Below are positions 44,979-54,371 of a DNA stretch of 64,000 nucleotides, piece by piece (the stretch's first letter is position 1; each line of letters starts with the position of its first letter). The notes under the pieces were generated by a model. That model was not told the origin of the DNA. It searched no databases and saw nothing but the letters and a program-made list of their open reading frames with translations. The position numbers and the translations under genes were made by a program. The DNA comes from Omnitrophica bacterium GWA2_41_15 (GTDB lineage Bacteria; Omnitrophota; Gorgyraeia; Gygaellales; UBA12090): assembly GCA_919902675.1 (NCBI GenBank), contig CAKKRH010000009.1, positions 21,035-85,034 of the forward strand. Direction: 5' to 3'.

Positions 44979-45854
44979 CTACAACAACCCATAATCCTTC
45001 AACGCCTTTTTTAGCTTTTCCTGGTTTTCCGGCGACATCTCGCACATCGGAAGCCGTAAATCCGGCTGGCAAAGCTTAAGCAATCCCATCGCTGTTTTCA
45101 CCGGAATAGGGTTAGTCTCAATAAACATTGCCTTTATTAACGGCATTAATTTATAATGTCCTTCCTGAGCCTTCTTTAAATTTCCCTTCTCAAAAGCCTC
45201 AATCATATTCGCCACATCTTTAGGAATAATATTAGAAACCACGGAGATTACTCCCGTGCCTCCGATAGCTAATACCGGCAAAGTTAAGGCATCGTCTCCG
45301 GATATCAAGGCAAAATTCTCAGGGCATATGGCCTTTATCCGGGACATCTGCTCCAGGGAACCGGATGCCTCCTTAACCCCGACGATATTCTTGCACTCAA
45401 GCGCTAACCTGGCGATAGTTTCCGGTTCAATATTTACCCCGGTCCGGGAGGCGATGTTATAAAGAATAACCGGTATGTCCGCGCACTCAGCTACCGCCTT
45501 AAAATGTAAATACAATCCGCGCTGGGTGGGGCGGTTATAATAAGGTGAAACGTGCAAAGTGGCATCCGCGCCGGATTTCGCCGCCTGCTTGGTCAGCATT
45601 ACCGCCTCATCGGTAGAATTAGAGCCGGTTCCGGCAATCACCGGAACCCTTTTCTCCACCGTTTCAATCACCACCTCAATCACCCGCTCATGCTCAGCCC
45701 AGGATAAAGTCGCGGATTCACCGGTTGTGCCGCAAGGAACAATCCCTGAGGTTTTATTCTTAATCTGGAATTCAACCAGCTCTTTTAATTTCTTTTCATC
45801 AACCTTACCGTTCTTAAAAGGAGTAACAATAGCCACCATTGAGCCCTTAAACAT
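44979..45854 (-). CDS. dapA: 4-hydroxy-tetrahydrodipicolinate synthase
   Basis: MFKGSMVAIVTPF.., GTTGES, and KEASG with the catalytic Lys region. The start was chosen at the ATG giving the canonical N-terminus. Confidence 0.9.
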   Translation of the reverse strand: MFKGSMVAIVTPFKNGKVDEKKLKELVEFQIKNKTSGIVPCGTTGESATLSWAEHERVIEVVIETVEKRVPVIAGTGSNSTDEAVMLTKQAAKSGADATLHVSPYYNRPTQRGLYLHFKAVAECADIPVILYNIASRTGVNIEPETIARLALECKNIVGVKEASGSLEQMSRIKAICPENFALISGDDALTLPVLAIGGTGVISVVSNIIPKDVANMIEAFEKGNLKKAQEGHYKLMPLIKAMFIETNPIPVKTAMGLLKLCQPDLRLPMCEMSPENQEKLKKALKDYGLL

Positions 45855-46668
45855 AATATTCCCCCCCATACACAATTCTCACCTTGCCCTCCAGCCAGAC
45901 ATCGCTTATTCTGTCGGCTTCTTTCATGAAGCATACTTTTAAAGTCTCACCCCCCTGGGTAATCACATTGATCTTCTGCTGACAGCTGACAGCTGACAGC
46001 TGACAGCTGAAAACTATCGCCGAGGCGACAGAGCCGGTTCCGCAGGCCAGGGTTTCCTCCTCAACTCCGCGCTCATAAGTGCGCAGACGAATAGTATCCT
46101 TATCTACAACTTCCACAAAGTTTACATTGGCGCCTTTGGGCGCGAAACCCTTATGATAACGGACTGCCCTGCCGATTTCGACGGCATTGATTTTATTTAT
46201 CCCCGCGACAAATATCACCGCGTGCGGCACGCCGGTATTGATAAAATTAACCCTCAATTTACGGTTATTTATTTTTATAATCAAATCCGGCCGGTAATCC
46301 TCAGGCTTCGTCAGCTTTATCCGGACGCTTTCACCTTTTACTTCCGCTTCAATTATCCCTGCTTTTGTTTCTATCTTTAGCCTGGAGCCTTGAGTTTTGA
46401 GCCTTGAAGAGGCGTAAAAAGCAACGCAACGCGCCCCGTTCCCGCACATCCGGGCTTCTGAACCATCGGCATTAAAAATCCGCATCCGGACATCCGCCTT
46501 CTTTGACTTCTCCAGCAAAAGCAGCCCGTCCGCCCCTACTCCGAATTTCCGGTCACAAATCTGTTTTACTAATAATGGATAGCGGATAGCGGATAGCGGA
46601 TAGGATTGGTCAATAACTATAAAATCATTCCCCGAAGCCACAACTTTAGTAAAAACTATTTTTTTCAT
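45847..46668 (-). CDS. dapF: Diaminopimelate epimerase
   Basis: 273 aa. GNDFIVID, MRIFNADGSEARMCGNG and LACGTGS catalytic Cys motifs. Carries two heptamer arrays. Confidence 0.9.
   Translation of the reverse strand: MKKIVFTKVVASGNDFIVIDQSYPLSAIRYPLLVKQICDRKFGVGADGLLLLEKSKKADVRMRIFNADGSEARMCGNGARCVAFYASSRLKTQGSRLKIETKAGIIEAEVKGESVRIKLTKPEDYRPDLIIKINNRKLRVNFINTGVPHAVIFVAGINKINAVEIGRAVRYHKGFAPKGANVNFVEVVDKDTIRLRTYERGVEEETLACGTGSVASAIVFSCQLSAVSCQQKINVITQGGETLKVCFMKEADRISDVWLEGKVRIVYGGEYYV
45981..46008. repeat. Tandem heptamer GACAGCT x4 inside dapF
   Basis: Four perfect units, translated as CQLSAVSCQ in a loop after the second catalytic Cys region. Confidence 0.9.
46577..46604. repeat. Tandem heptamer GGATAGC x3 plus one variant unit, inside dapF
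   Basis: Translated as YPLSAIRYP just after the GNDFIVID motif. Confidence 0.9.
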
Positions 46669-46687
46669 TTTCGCGCTTTCGCCTCTG

Positions 46688-47953
46688 TTATCTCAAAAAC
46701 TCCGGGATAACATCTTTTTTCACTAAATCCAAGTAGCTGTCGCGCTTACGCACGGTATAAAATTTATTCCCTTTAACCATTATCTCGGCCGGTTTCAGGC
46801 GGCAGTTATAATTGGAAGCCATGGAAAATCCGTAAGAACCGGCGCTCATCAGGGCCAGGTAATCGCCTTCATTAAGCTCAGGCATTTGCCTGTCCTTAGC
46901 CAGGAAATCCCCAGATTCGCATATCGGGCCTACCACGTCAAACTTTTCCGCTTTCCGCTTTCCGCTTTCCGCTTTCCGCAGAGACAAAATATCGTGATGC
47001 GCGCCATAGAGAGACGGCCGGATTAAATCATTCATCCCGGCATCCACGATTATAAAATTCTTCAGCGGAGTTTTCTTGATATAAAGAATCTTGGTAACCA
47101 ATATACCGGAAGGACCCGCTATGAACCTCCCCGGCTCTAAGATGATTTTTAATCCGGTGCTTTTCAATAAAGGAAGTATTTTCCCGGCGAATTCTTCGGC
47201 AGTCTGGGGCTTCTCGTTACTATAAATAATGCCTAATCCGCCGCCGATATTAAGATATTGAATATCTATCGCTTCTTTTTTCAGTTTTTTGATAAATCCT
47301 ATTATCTTCTTGATAGCCAAAATATAAGGAGCGCCGTCAATGATCTGAGAGCCGATATGCATATGCAGGCCGCTAAACTTTAAATGAACGAATTCCGCCC
47401 GGTTTTTGAAAATATCATAAGCGCTATCCAAATCAATGCCAAACTTGTTGGTGAGCTTGCCGGTAGTTATGTAGCTGTGGGTTTTGGGCTCAACATCGGG
47501 ATTTATCCTTAGGGCTACCGAGGCATTCACCCCTAAATCGCAGGCAAGGCGGTTGATCAACTCTAACTCCGACAACGACTCCACGTTAAAGAAGAGTATC
47601 TGTTTGGCGATTGCCTGACGGATTTCTTCTTCGGTTTTTCCCACCGAGGCGTAGACTATTTTCTTTGGGTCACAGCCGACCAGAAGCGCCTTATACAGTT
47701 CGCCTCCGGAAACAATATCCAGGCCCGAGCCGGCCTTTACCAGCGCGCGCAAAATAGCCAGATTAGAGTTTGCCTTCATTGAATAGCAGATAAGCGGCTT
47801 AAGCGCGGAGAAGGCCTTCTCCAGCTTACGGAAATGCCCCAGAAGGGTATTATAACTGTAGAGATAAAACGGGGTTGACGCCTTGCGGGCGATATCCGCT
47901 ATCTTCAGCCCCTCGCAATAAAGCTCTTTGTTCTTATATTTAAAGTCGTGCAT
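46688..47953 (-). CDS. lysA: Diaminopimelate decarboxylase
   Basis: 421 aa. YSMKAN PLP-Lys motif, GGGLGI, and VVGPICESGDF. Confidence 0.9.
   Translation of the reverse strand: MHDFKYKNKELYCEGLKIADIARKASTPFYLYSYNTLLGHFRKLEKAFSALKPLICYSMKANSNLAILRALVKAGSGLDIVSGGELYKALLVGCDPKKIVYASVGKTEEEIRQAIAKQILFFNVESLSELELINRLACDLGVNASVALRINPDVEPKTHSYITTGKLTNKFGIDLDSAYDIFKNRAEFVHLKFSGLHMHIGSQIIDGAPYILAIKKIIGFIKKLKKEAIDIQYLNIGGGLGIIYSNEKPQTAEEFAGKILPLLKSTGLKIILEPGRFIAGPSGILVTKILYIKKTPLKNFIIVDAGMNDLIRPSLYGAHHDILSLRKAESGKRKAEKFDVVGPICESGDFLAKDRQMPELNEGDYLALMSAGSYGFSMASNYNCRLKPAEIMVKGNKFYTVRKRDSYLDLVKKDVIPEFLR
46944..46978. repeat. Tandem heptamer CTTTCCG x4 plus one variant unit, inside lysA
   Basis: Translated as RKAESGKRKAEK immediately before the conserved DVVGPICESGD. 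Confidence 0.9.
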
Positions 47954-47962
47954 AGTATTTCC

Positions 47963-48199
47963 TTAAACCTCGGCGAAATCAGCTACGGGAACCAGTTTTT
48001 CCCTTCGCGCTCTTTTTTTCTCCCTTAAGATTATTTCTAATTTGGCTGCCACCTCTGCCTCATATTCTCGCTCGCCACATTGGCTGCATACTCCCGCGGG
48101 AACGTGTTCAATAATAATCACTTCCCCTTTTTGCTCCTTAACCACTGTCACGATTTTTCCATGGATATCTCCACCACAGAACATACACACATTCTTCAT
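47963..48199 (-). CDS. YgiT-type zinc-finger antitoxin-like protein (MqsA N-domain type)
   Basis: MKNVCMFCGG..GVCSQCGEREY, two CxxC pairs. Starts at the ATG at 48199, abutting the upstream gene's stop. Confidence 0.65.
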   Translation of the reverse strand: MKNVCMFCGGDIHGKIVTVVKEQKGEVIIIEHVPAGVCSQCGEREYEAEVAAKLEIILREKKRARREKLVPVADFAEV

Positions 48200-48200
48200 C

Positions 48201-48527
48201 TTAGAGCCTCCTCTTACAAAAACCGTCCGTCCATTTTTTCGAATCAGGCCGATAAACTGTAACAATTTTCACTGACGGCGGTAAAGAGACGCAAATATGG
48301 ACAGGTTCGCCATTTTCTGTTTTACCGTTTATAAGAACTGCCGGTAAAGGATAGGCCTTAGGGTAATTCTCAATAATTTCGCCATTCATAATTGCCGATA
48401 CGACATCTTGGAAAATCAGGCCATCCGCGCGCATCTCATCAAAAGCATGATCAGTGATCTTAAAATCCCGCTTAATAATGTGAGCGCGAATTTCTTTGGT
48501 GTTCAACTTGTGTTTCCTTAGCAACAT
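48201..48527 (-). CDS. DUF4258 domain protein (putative toxin)
   Basis: 108 aa. ITDHAFDEMRADGLIFQDVVSAIMNGEIIENYP..VHICV..IVTVYRPDSKKW pattern. Confidence 0.65.
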   Translation of the reverse strand: MLLRKHKLNTKEIRAHIIKRDFKITDHAFDEMRADGLIFQDVVSAIMNGEIIENYPKAYPLPAVLINGKTENGEPVHICVSLPPSVKIVTVYRPDSKKWTDGFCKRRL

Positions 48528-48549
48528 CCGCTTAAATTACGCGTATTTT

Positions 48550-49953
48550 CTACATCTTTCCAAGAGTAACGTTAAGGCTGCCCAACACATTCGGCCTCTT
48601 AATGGATTTTTTAGATTCCACCGATACTTTCGGATCAAATAACTTAACGATTTCTTTCTTTACAAACTTATCAGAGAAATATTTCAGCTTATCTTCAGGC
48701 ATAGCCTTGATTTCAATACCGTTATCTATGGAATACTTAATCAATTTACCGATAATCGTGTGCGCCTCTTTAAAGGCTATCCCTCTATCAACCAGATAAT
48801 ACACTAAATCTGTGGCATACAGGGACTCGTCTTTGAGATGTTCATCTATTTTACCTTCGTTGAATTTCAATGTTGCAATCAATCCTGTCAGCACTTTTAA
48901 TTCCTTAGAAACTATTTCAAAAGAATTAAACAGCGGCTCTTTATCTAGCTGCATATCCCGGTTATAAGTAAGCGGCAGGCCCTTCATCATAGTCAAAACA
49001 CTCATCAGATTGCCGTATAGCCTTCCGGAATAACCGCGAATCAACTCCAAAACATCCGGATTTTTCTTCTGCGGCATAAGCGAACTCCCGGTGCAAAAAG
49101 AATCGTCTATTTCAATAAAATCAAACTCCTTGGTTGACCAGATAATCAAATCTTCAGACAGTCTGGATAAATGCATGGCAACAATAGATAAAGCGCTGAT
49201 AATCTCAATCACAAAATCCCTATCGCTTACCGCATCCAATGAATTTGTGGTTGTTTCTATGTTGAATGCCGCCTTTAATCCTTTTACTTCTCCGAGAAAT
49301 TCCTCCGCCTTAATTTGATATTCTTGAGCACTGATCGGAGTCCCGGCAAGGGCTCCTGCTCCCAAAGTTATCTTTATATTTTTTGAAATATAGTCTAATC
49401 TCTTAATATCCCTTTCCAACATATTAATATAGGCAAAAAGATAATCTGTCAAACAAACAGGCTGGGCGTGCTGTAAATGCGTAAAGCCTGGTATTATCAC
49501 ATCTTTATATTTCCGAGCTAAGGAATAAAAGGCGGTTATTAATTTTGATATATCTCCAGTTAATTCCAGGGCAGCCATTTTGACATACCATTTTGCCGCA
49601 AAAACCACTTGATCATTTCTTGATCTTGCGGTATGAAGCTTAAGAGACACATCCCCCACTTCTCTATACAATTCATTTTGTATATAGGTATGGATATCTT
49701 CTTCTTTATTGCGCGTATCAAACTTAATTTTTCCAGATTCTAAGCGGGCATATAGCAAATCCAATCCTCCCTTGAGGGTTTTTGTTTCATCCGCATTTAG
49801 ATAACCGCTTTTGCTTAAGATTTCTACGTGCGCCAATGAACCTAACAAGTCATATTTAGCAAGTTTATAATCGTATTGTATAGACTTAGTAAACTCCTCC
49901 ACAAGAGGGTTCGTCTTTTTGCTAAACCTCCCCCCCCACAATTTCTTCGCCAT
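48550..49953 (-). CDS. argH: Argininosuccinate lyase
   Basis: MAKKLWGGRF N-terminus and the GSSLMPQKKNPD signature. The longer ORF start lies in a heptamer repeat. Confidence 0.95.
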   Translation of the reverse strand: MAKKLWGGRFSKKTNPLVEEFTKSIQYDYKLAKYDLLGSLAHVEILSKSGYLNADETKTLKGGLDLLYARLESGKIKFDTRNKEEDIHTYIQNELYREVGDVSLKLHTARSRNDQVVFAAKWYVKMAALELTGDISKLITAFYSLARKYKDVIIPGFTHLQHAQPVCLTDYLFAYINMLERDIKRLDYISKNIKITLGAGALAGTPISAQEYQIKAEEFLGEVKGLKAAFNIETTTNSLDAVSDRDFVIEIISALSIVAMHLSRLSEDLIIWSTKEFDFIEIDDSFCTGSSLMPQKKNPDVLELIRGYSGRLYGNLMSVLTMMKGLPLTYNRDMQLDKEPLFNSFEIVSKELKVLTGLIATLKFNEGKIDEHLKDESLYATDLVYYLVDRGIAFKEAHTIIGKLIKYSIDNGIEIKAMPEDKLKYFSDKFVKKEIVKLFDPKVSVESKKSIKRPNVLGSLNVTLGKM

Positions 49954-50002
49954 TGAGTCTCCCCTTCTAACTTCCAACCTCTAACTTCTAACCTCTCTCC
50001 CG

Positions 50003-51172
50003 CTATCTCTCAAAAGGCATCCCGAAAATCCGGATAAACCCTTCGGAAAGCCGCTGGTCAAACTTGTCTTTTGCCGTATAGGTGGCTAATTCTTCCCGGT
50101 AAAGCGAATGCGGCGATTTTCGCCCCGCCACGGCGCAATTGCCCTTATACAGCTTAAGCCTGACCGTGCCGCTGACTGTTTTTTGAGTCTCTTCTATAAA
50201 CTTATCCAGGGCTATCCTTAATTTGGAATACCACAGGCCGTAATAAATCAGCTGGGCGTATTTAAGGGCCACAGTTTCTTTGTAATGGCAAGTTTCCCGG
50301 TCCAGGACCAAAGCCTCTAATTCCCTGTGGGCGATATGCAAGATAGTCCCGGCAGGGGCCTCATAAATCTCCCTGGACTTTATCCCCACCAGCCGATTCT
50401 CAATCATATCGCTTCGGCCTATGCCGTGTTCTGAACCCAAATTACAAAGCTTATCAATAAGCTTAAGGGCGTCATAAGTCTTGCCGTTTATTTTCTTAGG
50501 CACGCCCTTTTCGAATTCTATTTCTACATAAGCCGGTTTATCTGGGGCCTCATCCGCGGAATTGGTCCACTGATAACAATCCTCCGGCGGTTCTATCCAG
50601 GGGTCTTCAAGAATCCCGGATTCAATGGAAACCCCCCATAAATTCTTGTCTAAGCTGTAAGACTTTTTCTTGGTAACATCAATGGGAATTCTTTTGGCTT
50701 TGGCGTATTCTATCTCTTCTTCGCGGGATTTAAACTCCCATATTCTTACCGGAGCGATAATTTCTAACTTAGGGTCAAGAATCCTGGAGGTAACCTCAAA
50801 GCGCACCTGGTCATTGCCTTTTCCGGTACAGCCATGGGCAATCGCGGCGGCCTTTTCCTTATGCGCCACCTCAACCAGATATTTGGCAATCAAAGGCCGG
50901 CCTAAGGCGGTAGCCAGGAGATATTTACCTTCATAAACCGCGCCTGCCTTTAAGGAAGGGAAAATAAAATCCTCCACAAACTCCGCTCGCAGATCCTTAA
51001 TATAAACCTTGGAGGCTCCGCCTATCAGCGCCCTTTTCTCAATCGCCTCAAAATCCTCACCCTGGCCCAAGTCGGCGATAAAACAGATAACCTCATACCC
51101 TTTATCTTTAAGCCACTGCACCGCGCAGGAAGTATCCAATCCCCCTGAGTAAGCTAAAACAACTTTTTTCAT
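50003..51172 (-). CDS. argG: Argininosuccinate synthase
   Basis: AYSGGLDTS ATP-binding motif and GCTGKGNDQVRFE. Confidence 0.95.
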   Translation of the reverse strand: MKKVVLAYSGGLDTSCAVQWLKDKGYEVICFIADLGQGEDFEAIEKRALIGGASKVYIKDLRAEFVEDFIFPSLKAGAVYEGKYLLATALGRPLIAKYLVEVAHKEKAAAIAHGCTGKGNDQVRFEVTSRILDPKLEIIAPVRIWEFKSREEEIEYAKAKRIPIDVTKKKSYSLDKNLWGVSIESGILEDPWIEPPEDCYQWTNSADEAPDKPAYVEIEFEKGVPKKINGKTYDALKLIDKLCNLGSEHGIGRSDMIENRLVGIKSREIYEAPAGTILHIAHRELEALVLDRETCHYKETVALKYAQLIYYGLWYSKLRIALDKFIEETQKTVSGTVRLKLYKGNCAVAGRKSPHSLYREELATYTAKDKFDQRLSEGFIRIFGMPFER

Positions 51173-51226
51173 TCCTATCCCCCTAAACTCCTCAAGCTCA
51201 CTAAACTCCCTGGACTCTCTAAACTA

Positions 51227-52147
51227 CTATTTTTCTCCCAATAGCTTTATCAATACCGCCTTCTGCGCGTGCAATCTGTTTTCCGCCTGGTCAAAGACTA
51301 CCGATCTTGAGGAATCAATCACCTCATCGGTTATTTCCTCACCCCTGTGCGCCGGCAGACAATGCATAATCAAGCAATCTTTCCTGGCGGATGAAACAAG
51401 TTTTTGATTAATTTGATAATCCCGGAATATCTTCCTTCGCGCCTTAGCCTCTTTTTCCTGGCCCATGCTCGTCCAGACATCAGTATAAATCACATCCGCG
51501 TTTTTGCAAGCTTTTAATGGGTCGCGGCTTAAGCTGATCTGGGCCCCGGAAACCGAAGCCATCCCTAATGCCTCTTTAAAAACCGTACTATCCGGCTCAA
51601 ATTTCTTGGGTGTGGCGATATTCAGGTTTAAGCCGATTTTCGCGCAGCCATAAAGAAGAGAATGCGTAACATTGTTGCCATCGCCGCAATAAGTTAAGGT
51701 CCTGCCTTTAAACGAGCCGAATTTCTCTTTTATGGTATATAAATCCGCTAAGGCCTGGCAGGGATGCGAAAGGTCGGAAAGCCCGTTAATCACCGGCACG
51801 CCTGAGTATCTTGCCAGTTCAATAACATTCTTATGTTCAAAGGTCCGCAGGACTATTCCCTGAACATAGCGGGAGAGCGTCTGAGCCACATCCTTGATTG
51901 CCTCTCTCACCCCTAAGTTTATCTCCCCCGGCCCCAAATAAATGCTTAAACCCCCAAGCTGAAACATGCCCACCGCGAAAGATACCCTGGTCCTGTTGGA
52001 TGGCTTCTGAAAAATAAGGGCCAGAGTCTTTCCTGTCAGGCTCCGGGAGTATTTTTGCTTGTTTTCTTTAAGCTTATCCGTAAGCAGAAAAATCTCTTCT
52101 ATTTCCTTTAAGCTTAAATCCTTAATTGATATCAGGTCTTTTTTCAT
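51227..52147 (-). CDS. argF: Ornithine carbamoyltransferase
   Basis: FQKPSNRTRVSF (STRTR-type) motif, then HPCQ and HCLPA. Confidence 0.9.
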   Translation of the reverse strand: MKKDLISIKDLSLKEIEEIFLLTDKLKENKQKYSRSLTGKTLALIFQKPSNRTRVSFAVGMFQLGGLSIYLGPGEINLGVREAIKDVAQTLSRYVQGIVLRTFEHKNVIELARYSGVPVINGLSDLSHPCQALADLYTIKEKFGSFKGRTLTYCGDGNNVTHSLLYGCAKIGLNLNIATPKKFEPDSTVFKEALGMASVSGAQISLSRDPLKACKNADVIYTDVWTSMGQEKEAKARRKIFRDYQINQKLVSSARKDCLIMHCLPAHRGEEITDEVIDSSRSVVFDQAENRLHAQKAVLIKLLGEK

Positions 52148-52164
52148 TATCTGGTCTCTATCTT

Positions 52165-53349
52165 CTAATTACTGATTACCTTTTCTATCGCCTTATCCAA
52201 TATCCCCACTGCCTTGTCCGCTTGCTTCTTGGTAACACTAAGGGCCGGCATCAACCTTAAGACCGTCTCGTGAGTGCAATTAATCAACAAACCTCTCTTA
52301 ACGCACTCCTCAACTACCGGCTTCCCGGCCGTATTCAGTTCAATGCCAATCATCAACCCCAGGCCTCGGACTTCTTTGATTATGGAATATTTCTTAGCCA
52401 ATTCCGATAATCTCTCTTTTAGGTATACACCCATCTCCCGGGCATTGGCAATCAGCTTTTCTTTGCGCAGGGCCTTAAATACCCCTAAAGAGGCCTTACA
52501 AACCAAAGGGCTTCCCCCGAAGGTAGAGGCGTGTCTTCCCGGGCCCAGGATATCGGCAATCTCTTTTTTAGCCACCATTGCTCCGATAGGCAAACCCCCT
52601 CCCAGGGCCTTGGCTAAGGTCATTATGTCCGGAGTGATTCCGTAGTGCTGATACGCGAACATCCTGGCGGTCCGGCCCAGGCCGGTCTGGACCTCATCCA
52701 CAATCAAAAGTATCTTTTTCTCATCGCAAAGCTTTCTTAGATATAAGACAAAATCCTTATCGGCAACATTTATCCCGCCTTCGCCCTGCACCAGTTCAAT
52801 AATAATTCCAGCGGTTTTATCCGATAGCGCGTTTTTCAAGGCATCCCTGTCATTATAGGCGACGCTTTTAAATCCCTCAGGAAGCGGCTGAAAACCCTCT
52901 TGATATTTGCTCTGGCCGGTCATAGTCAGGGCCGCCAGGGTCCTGCCGTGAAAAGAATTCTCGAATGAAATTATCTCATATCTTCCCGCGCCATATGCCC
53001 GGGTGAGTTTTACCGCGGCCTCATTGGCTTCAGCCCCGGAATTGGCAAAAAAGACCTTGCCGGGAAATGAGTGGTAAATTATCTCTTTGGCTAATTTTGC
53101 CTGGGGGATAGACAGGTAATTATTAGGCAGATGAATTAGCTTATCTATTTGGTCCCGGACCGCCGAGACCACATCCGGATGGCAATGCCCCAAAGAACTC
53201 ACCCCCCAGCCGGGAAAGAAATCCAGGTATTCCTTGCCGTCAACATCAATAACCTTCATCCCTTTTCCTTTGACAAAAATCAAAGGCATTCGGGTATAGG
53301 TAGGCATAATGTAATCCTGATAAGCCTGAAATACTTCTTGTTTTTTCAC
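52165..53349 (-). CDS. argD: Acetylornithine aminotransferase
   Basis: Class III aminotransferase. LLIVDEVQTGLGRTA, and DIMTLAKALGGG with the PLP lysine. Confidence 0.9.
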   Translation of the reverse strand: MKKQEVFQAYQDYIMPTYTRMPLIFVKGKGMKVIDVDGKEYLDFFPGWGVSSLGHCHPDVVSAVRDQIDKLIHLPNNYLSIPQAKLAKEIIYHSFPGKVFFANSGAEANEAAVKLTRAYGAGRYEIISFENSFHGRTLAALTMTGQSKYQEGFQPLPEGFKSVAYNDRDALKNALSDKTAGIIIELVQGEGGINVADKDFVLYLRKLCDEKKILLIVDEVQTGLGRTARMFAYQHYGITPDIMTLAKALGGGLPIGAMVAKKEIADILGPGRHASTFGGSPLVCKASLGVFKALRKEKLIANAREMGVYLKERLSELAKKYSIIKEVRGLGLMIGIELNTAGKPVVEECVKRGLLINCTHETVLRLMPALSVTKKQADKAVGILDKAIEKVISN

Positions 53350-53365
53350 TCTAAAATCTCCATAT

Positions 53366-53424
53366 TAGGGACACATCCCATTTTTCTTGAGACTTAATAA
53401 CCATAAAAATGGGATGTGTCCCTA
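53366..53424. repeat. 20-bp perfect inverted repeat separated by 19 bp (argB-argD spacer)
   Basis: TAGGGACACATCCCATTTTT .. AAAAATGGGATGTGTCCCTA, read directly. Confidence 0.9.
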
Positions 53425-53425
53425 T

Positions 53426-54280
53426 TTATTTAATGATTTCGGTGCCGATTCCCTGCTTGGTAAAGATCTCTAAGAGCAGGGCATGGGGAATCCGGGCATC
53501 TATAATATGGGTCTTCTTTACCGCGGCCTCTAAAGCGGATATGCAAGACTTCACCTTAGGAATCATCCCTTGATGCACTGCCCCTTCCTTGATCAAGCCA
53601 TTGGCCTCGGAAATAGTCAAGGTGGAAATAAGCGAGCTGGTGTCCGAGGTAGAGCGCATAATTCCCCGCACGTTAGTCAAAACCACTAATTTTTCCGCGC
53701 GGAGGCTGGAGGCAACCCTGGAGGCCGCCTCATCAGCATTAATATTATAGGTTTTTCCGTCTTTGCCTTTTCCCATCGGACACAATACCGGGATAGAGTA
53801 ATCCTTAGTTTCCCGGAGTATCGGCTCAACTCCTATCGCTTCCACCTCTCCCACCAGGCCCAAATCCTTAGCCTCTTGTCTTTTACGGGCTAAGATTACC
53901 CCGTTATCTTTACTGGAGAACCCTGTCGCCTTTTGACCTAATTCTTGAAGCTCTGAAACAATTATCGCATTGAGCTTCTCCAGTTCTTCCTCAACAACCG
54001 CCAGGGTCTTCTCATCGGTAACCCGCATCCCGTCCACAAACTCAGTCTTCATGCCCTCCTGCTTCATCCTCTCGGATATATTCGGCCCGCCGCCATGGAC
54101 CAGGACCGGGCATAAACCCATATAGCTTAAGAAAACTATATCCTCCAAAACCCCCTGGCGGATTTTTTCATCACCTAAAATGCTCCCGCCGTATTTTATC
54201 ACCATCACCTTGCGGTGAAATTCTTTAATATAAGGCAAGGCCTCAATCAAAACATCAGCTTTTCTAATCGCATCTTCCAT
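53426..54280 (-). CDS. argB: Acetylglutamate kinase
   Basis: VIKYGGS, VLVHGGGP, and the NINAD motif. Confidence 0.9.
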   Translation of the reverse strand: MEDAIRKADVLIEALPYIKEFHRKVMVIKYGGSILGDEKIRQGVLEDIVFLSYMGLCPVLVHGGGPNISERMKQEGMKTEFVDGMRVTDEKTLAVVEEELEKLNAIIVSELQELGQKATGFSSKDNGVILARKRQEAKDLGLVGEVEAIGVEPILRETKDYSIPVLCPMGKGKDGKTYNINADEAASRVASSLRAEKLVVLTNVRGIMRSTSDTSSLISTLTISEANGLIKEGAVHQGMIPKVKSCISALEAAVKKTHIIDARIPHALLLEIFTKQGIGTEIIK

Positions 54281-54298
54281 TCGCCTCGCTCCGTTTTA

Positions 54299-54364
54299 GA
54301 GTTATTTGAGCTCATTGAGTTGCTTGAGTTAAAACTCAATAAACTCAATGAACTCAATGAACTC
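54299..54364. repeat. Intergenic hairpin of TTGAGTT/ACTCAAT-type heptamers (argJ-argB spacer)
   Basis: Arms of about 31 nt, gagttatttgagctcattgagttgcttgagtt / aactcaataaactcaatgaactcaatgaactc. Confidence 0.8.
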
Positions 54365-54371
54365 TATAAAC

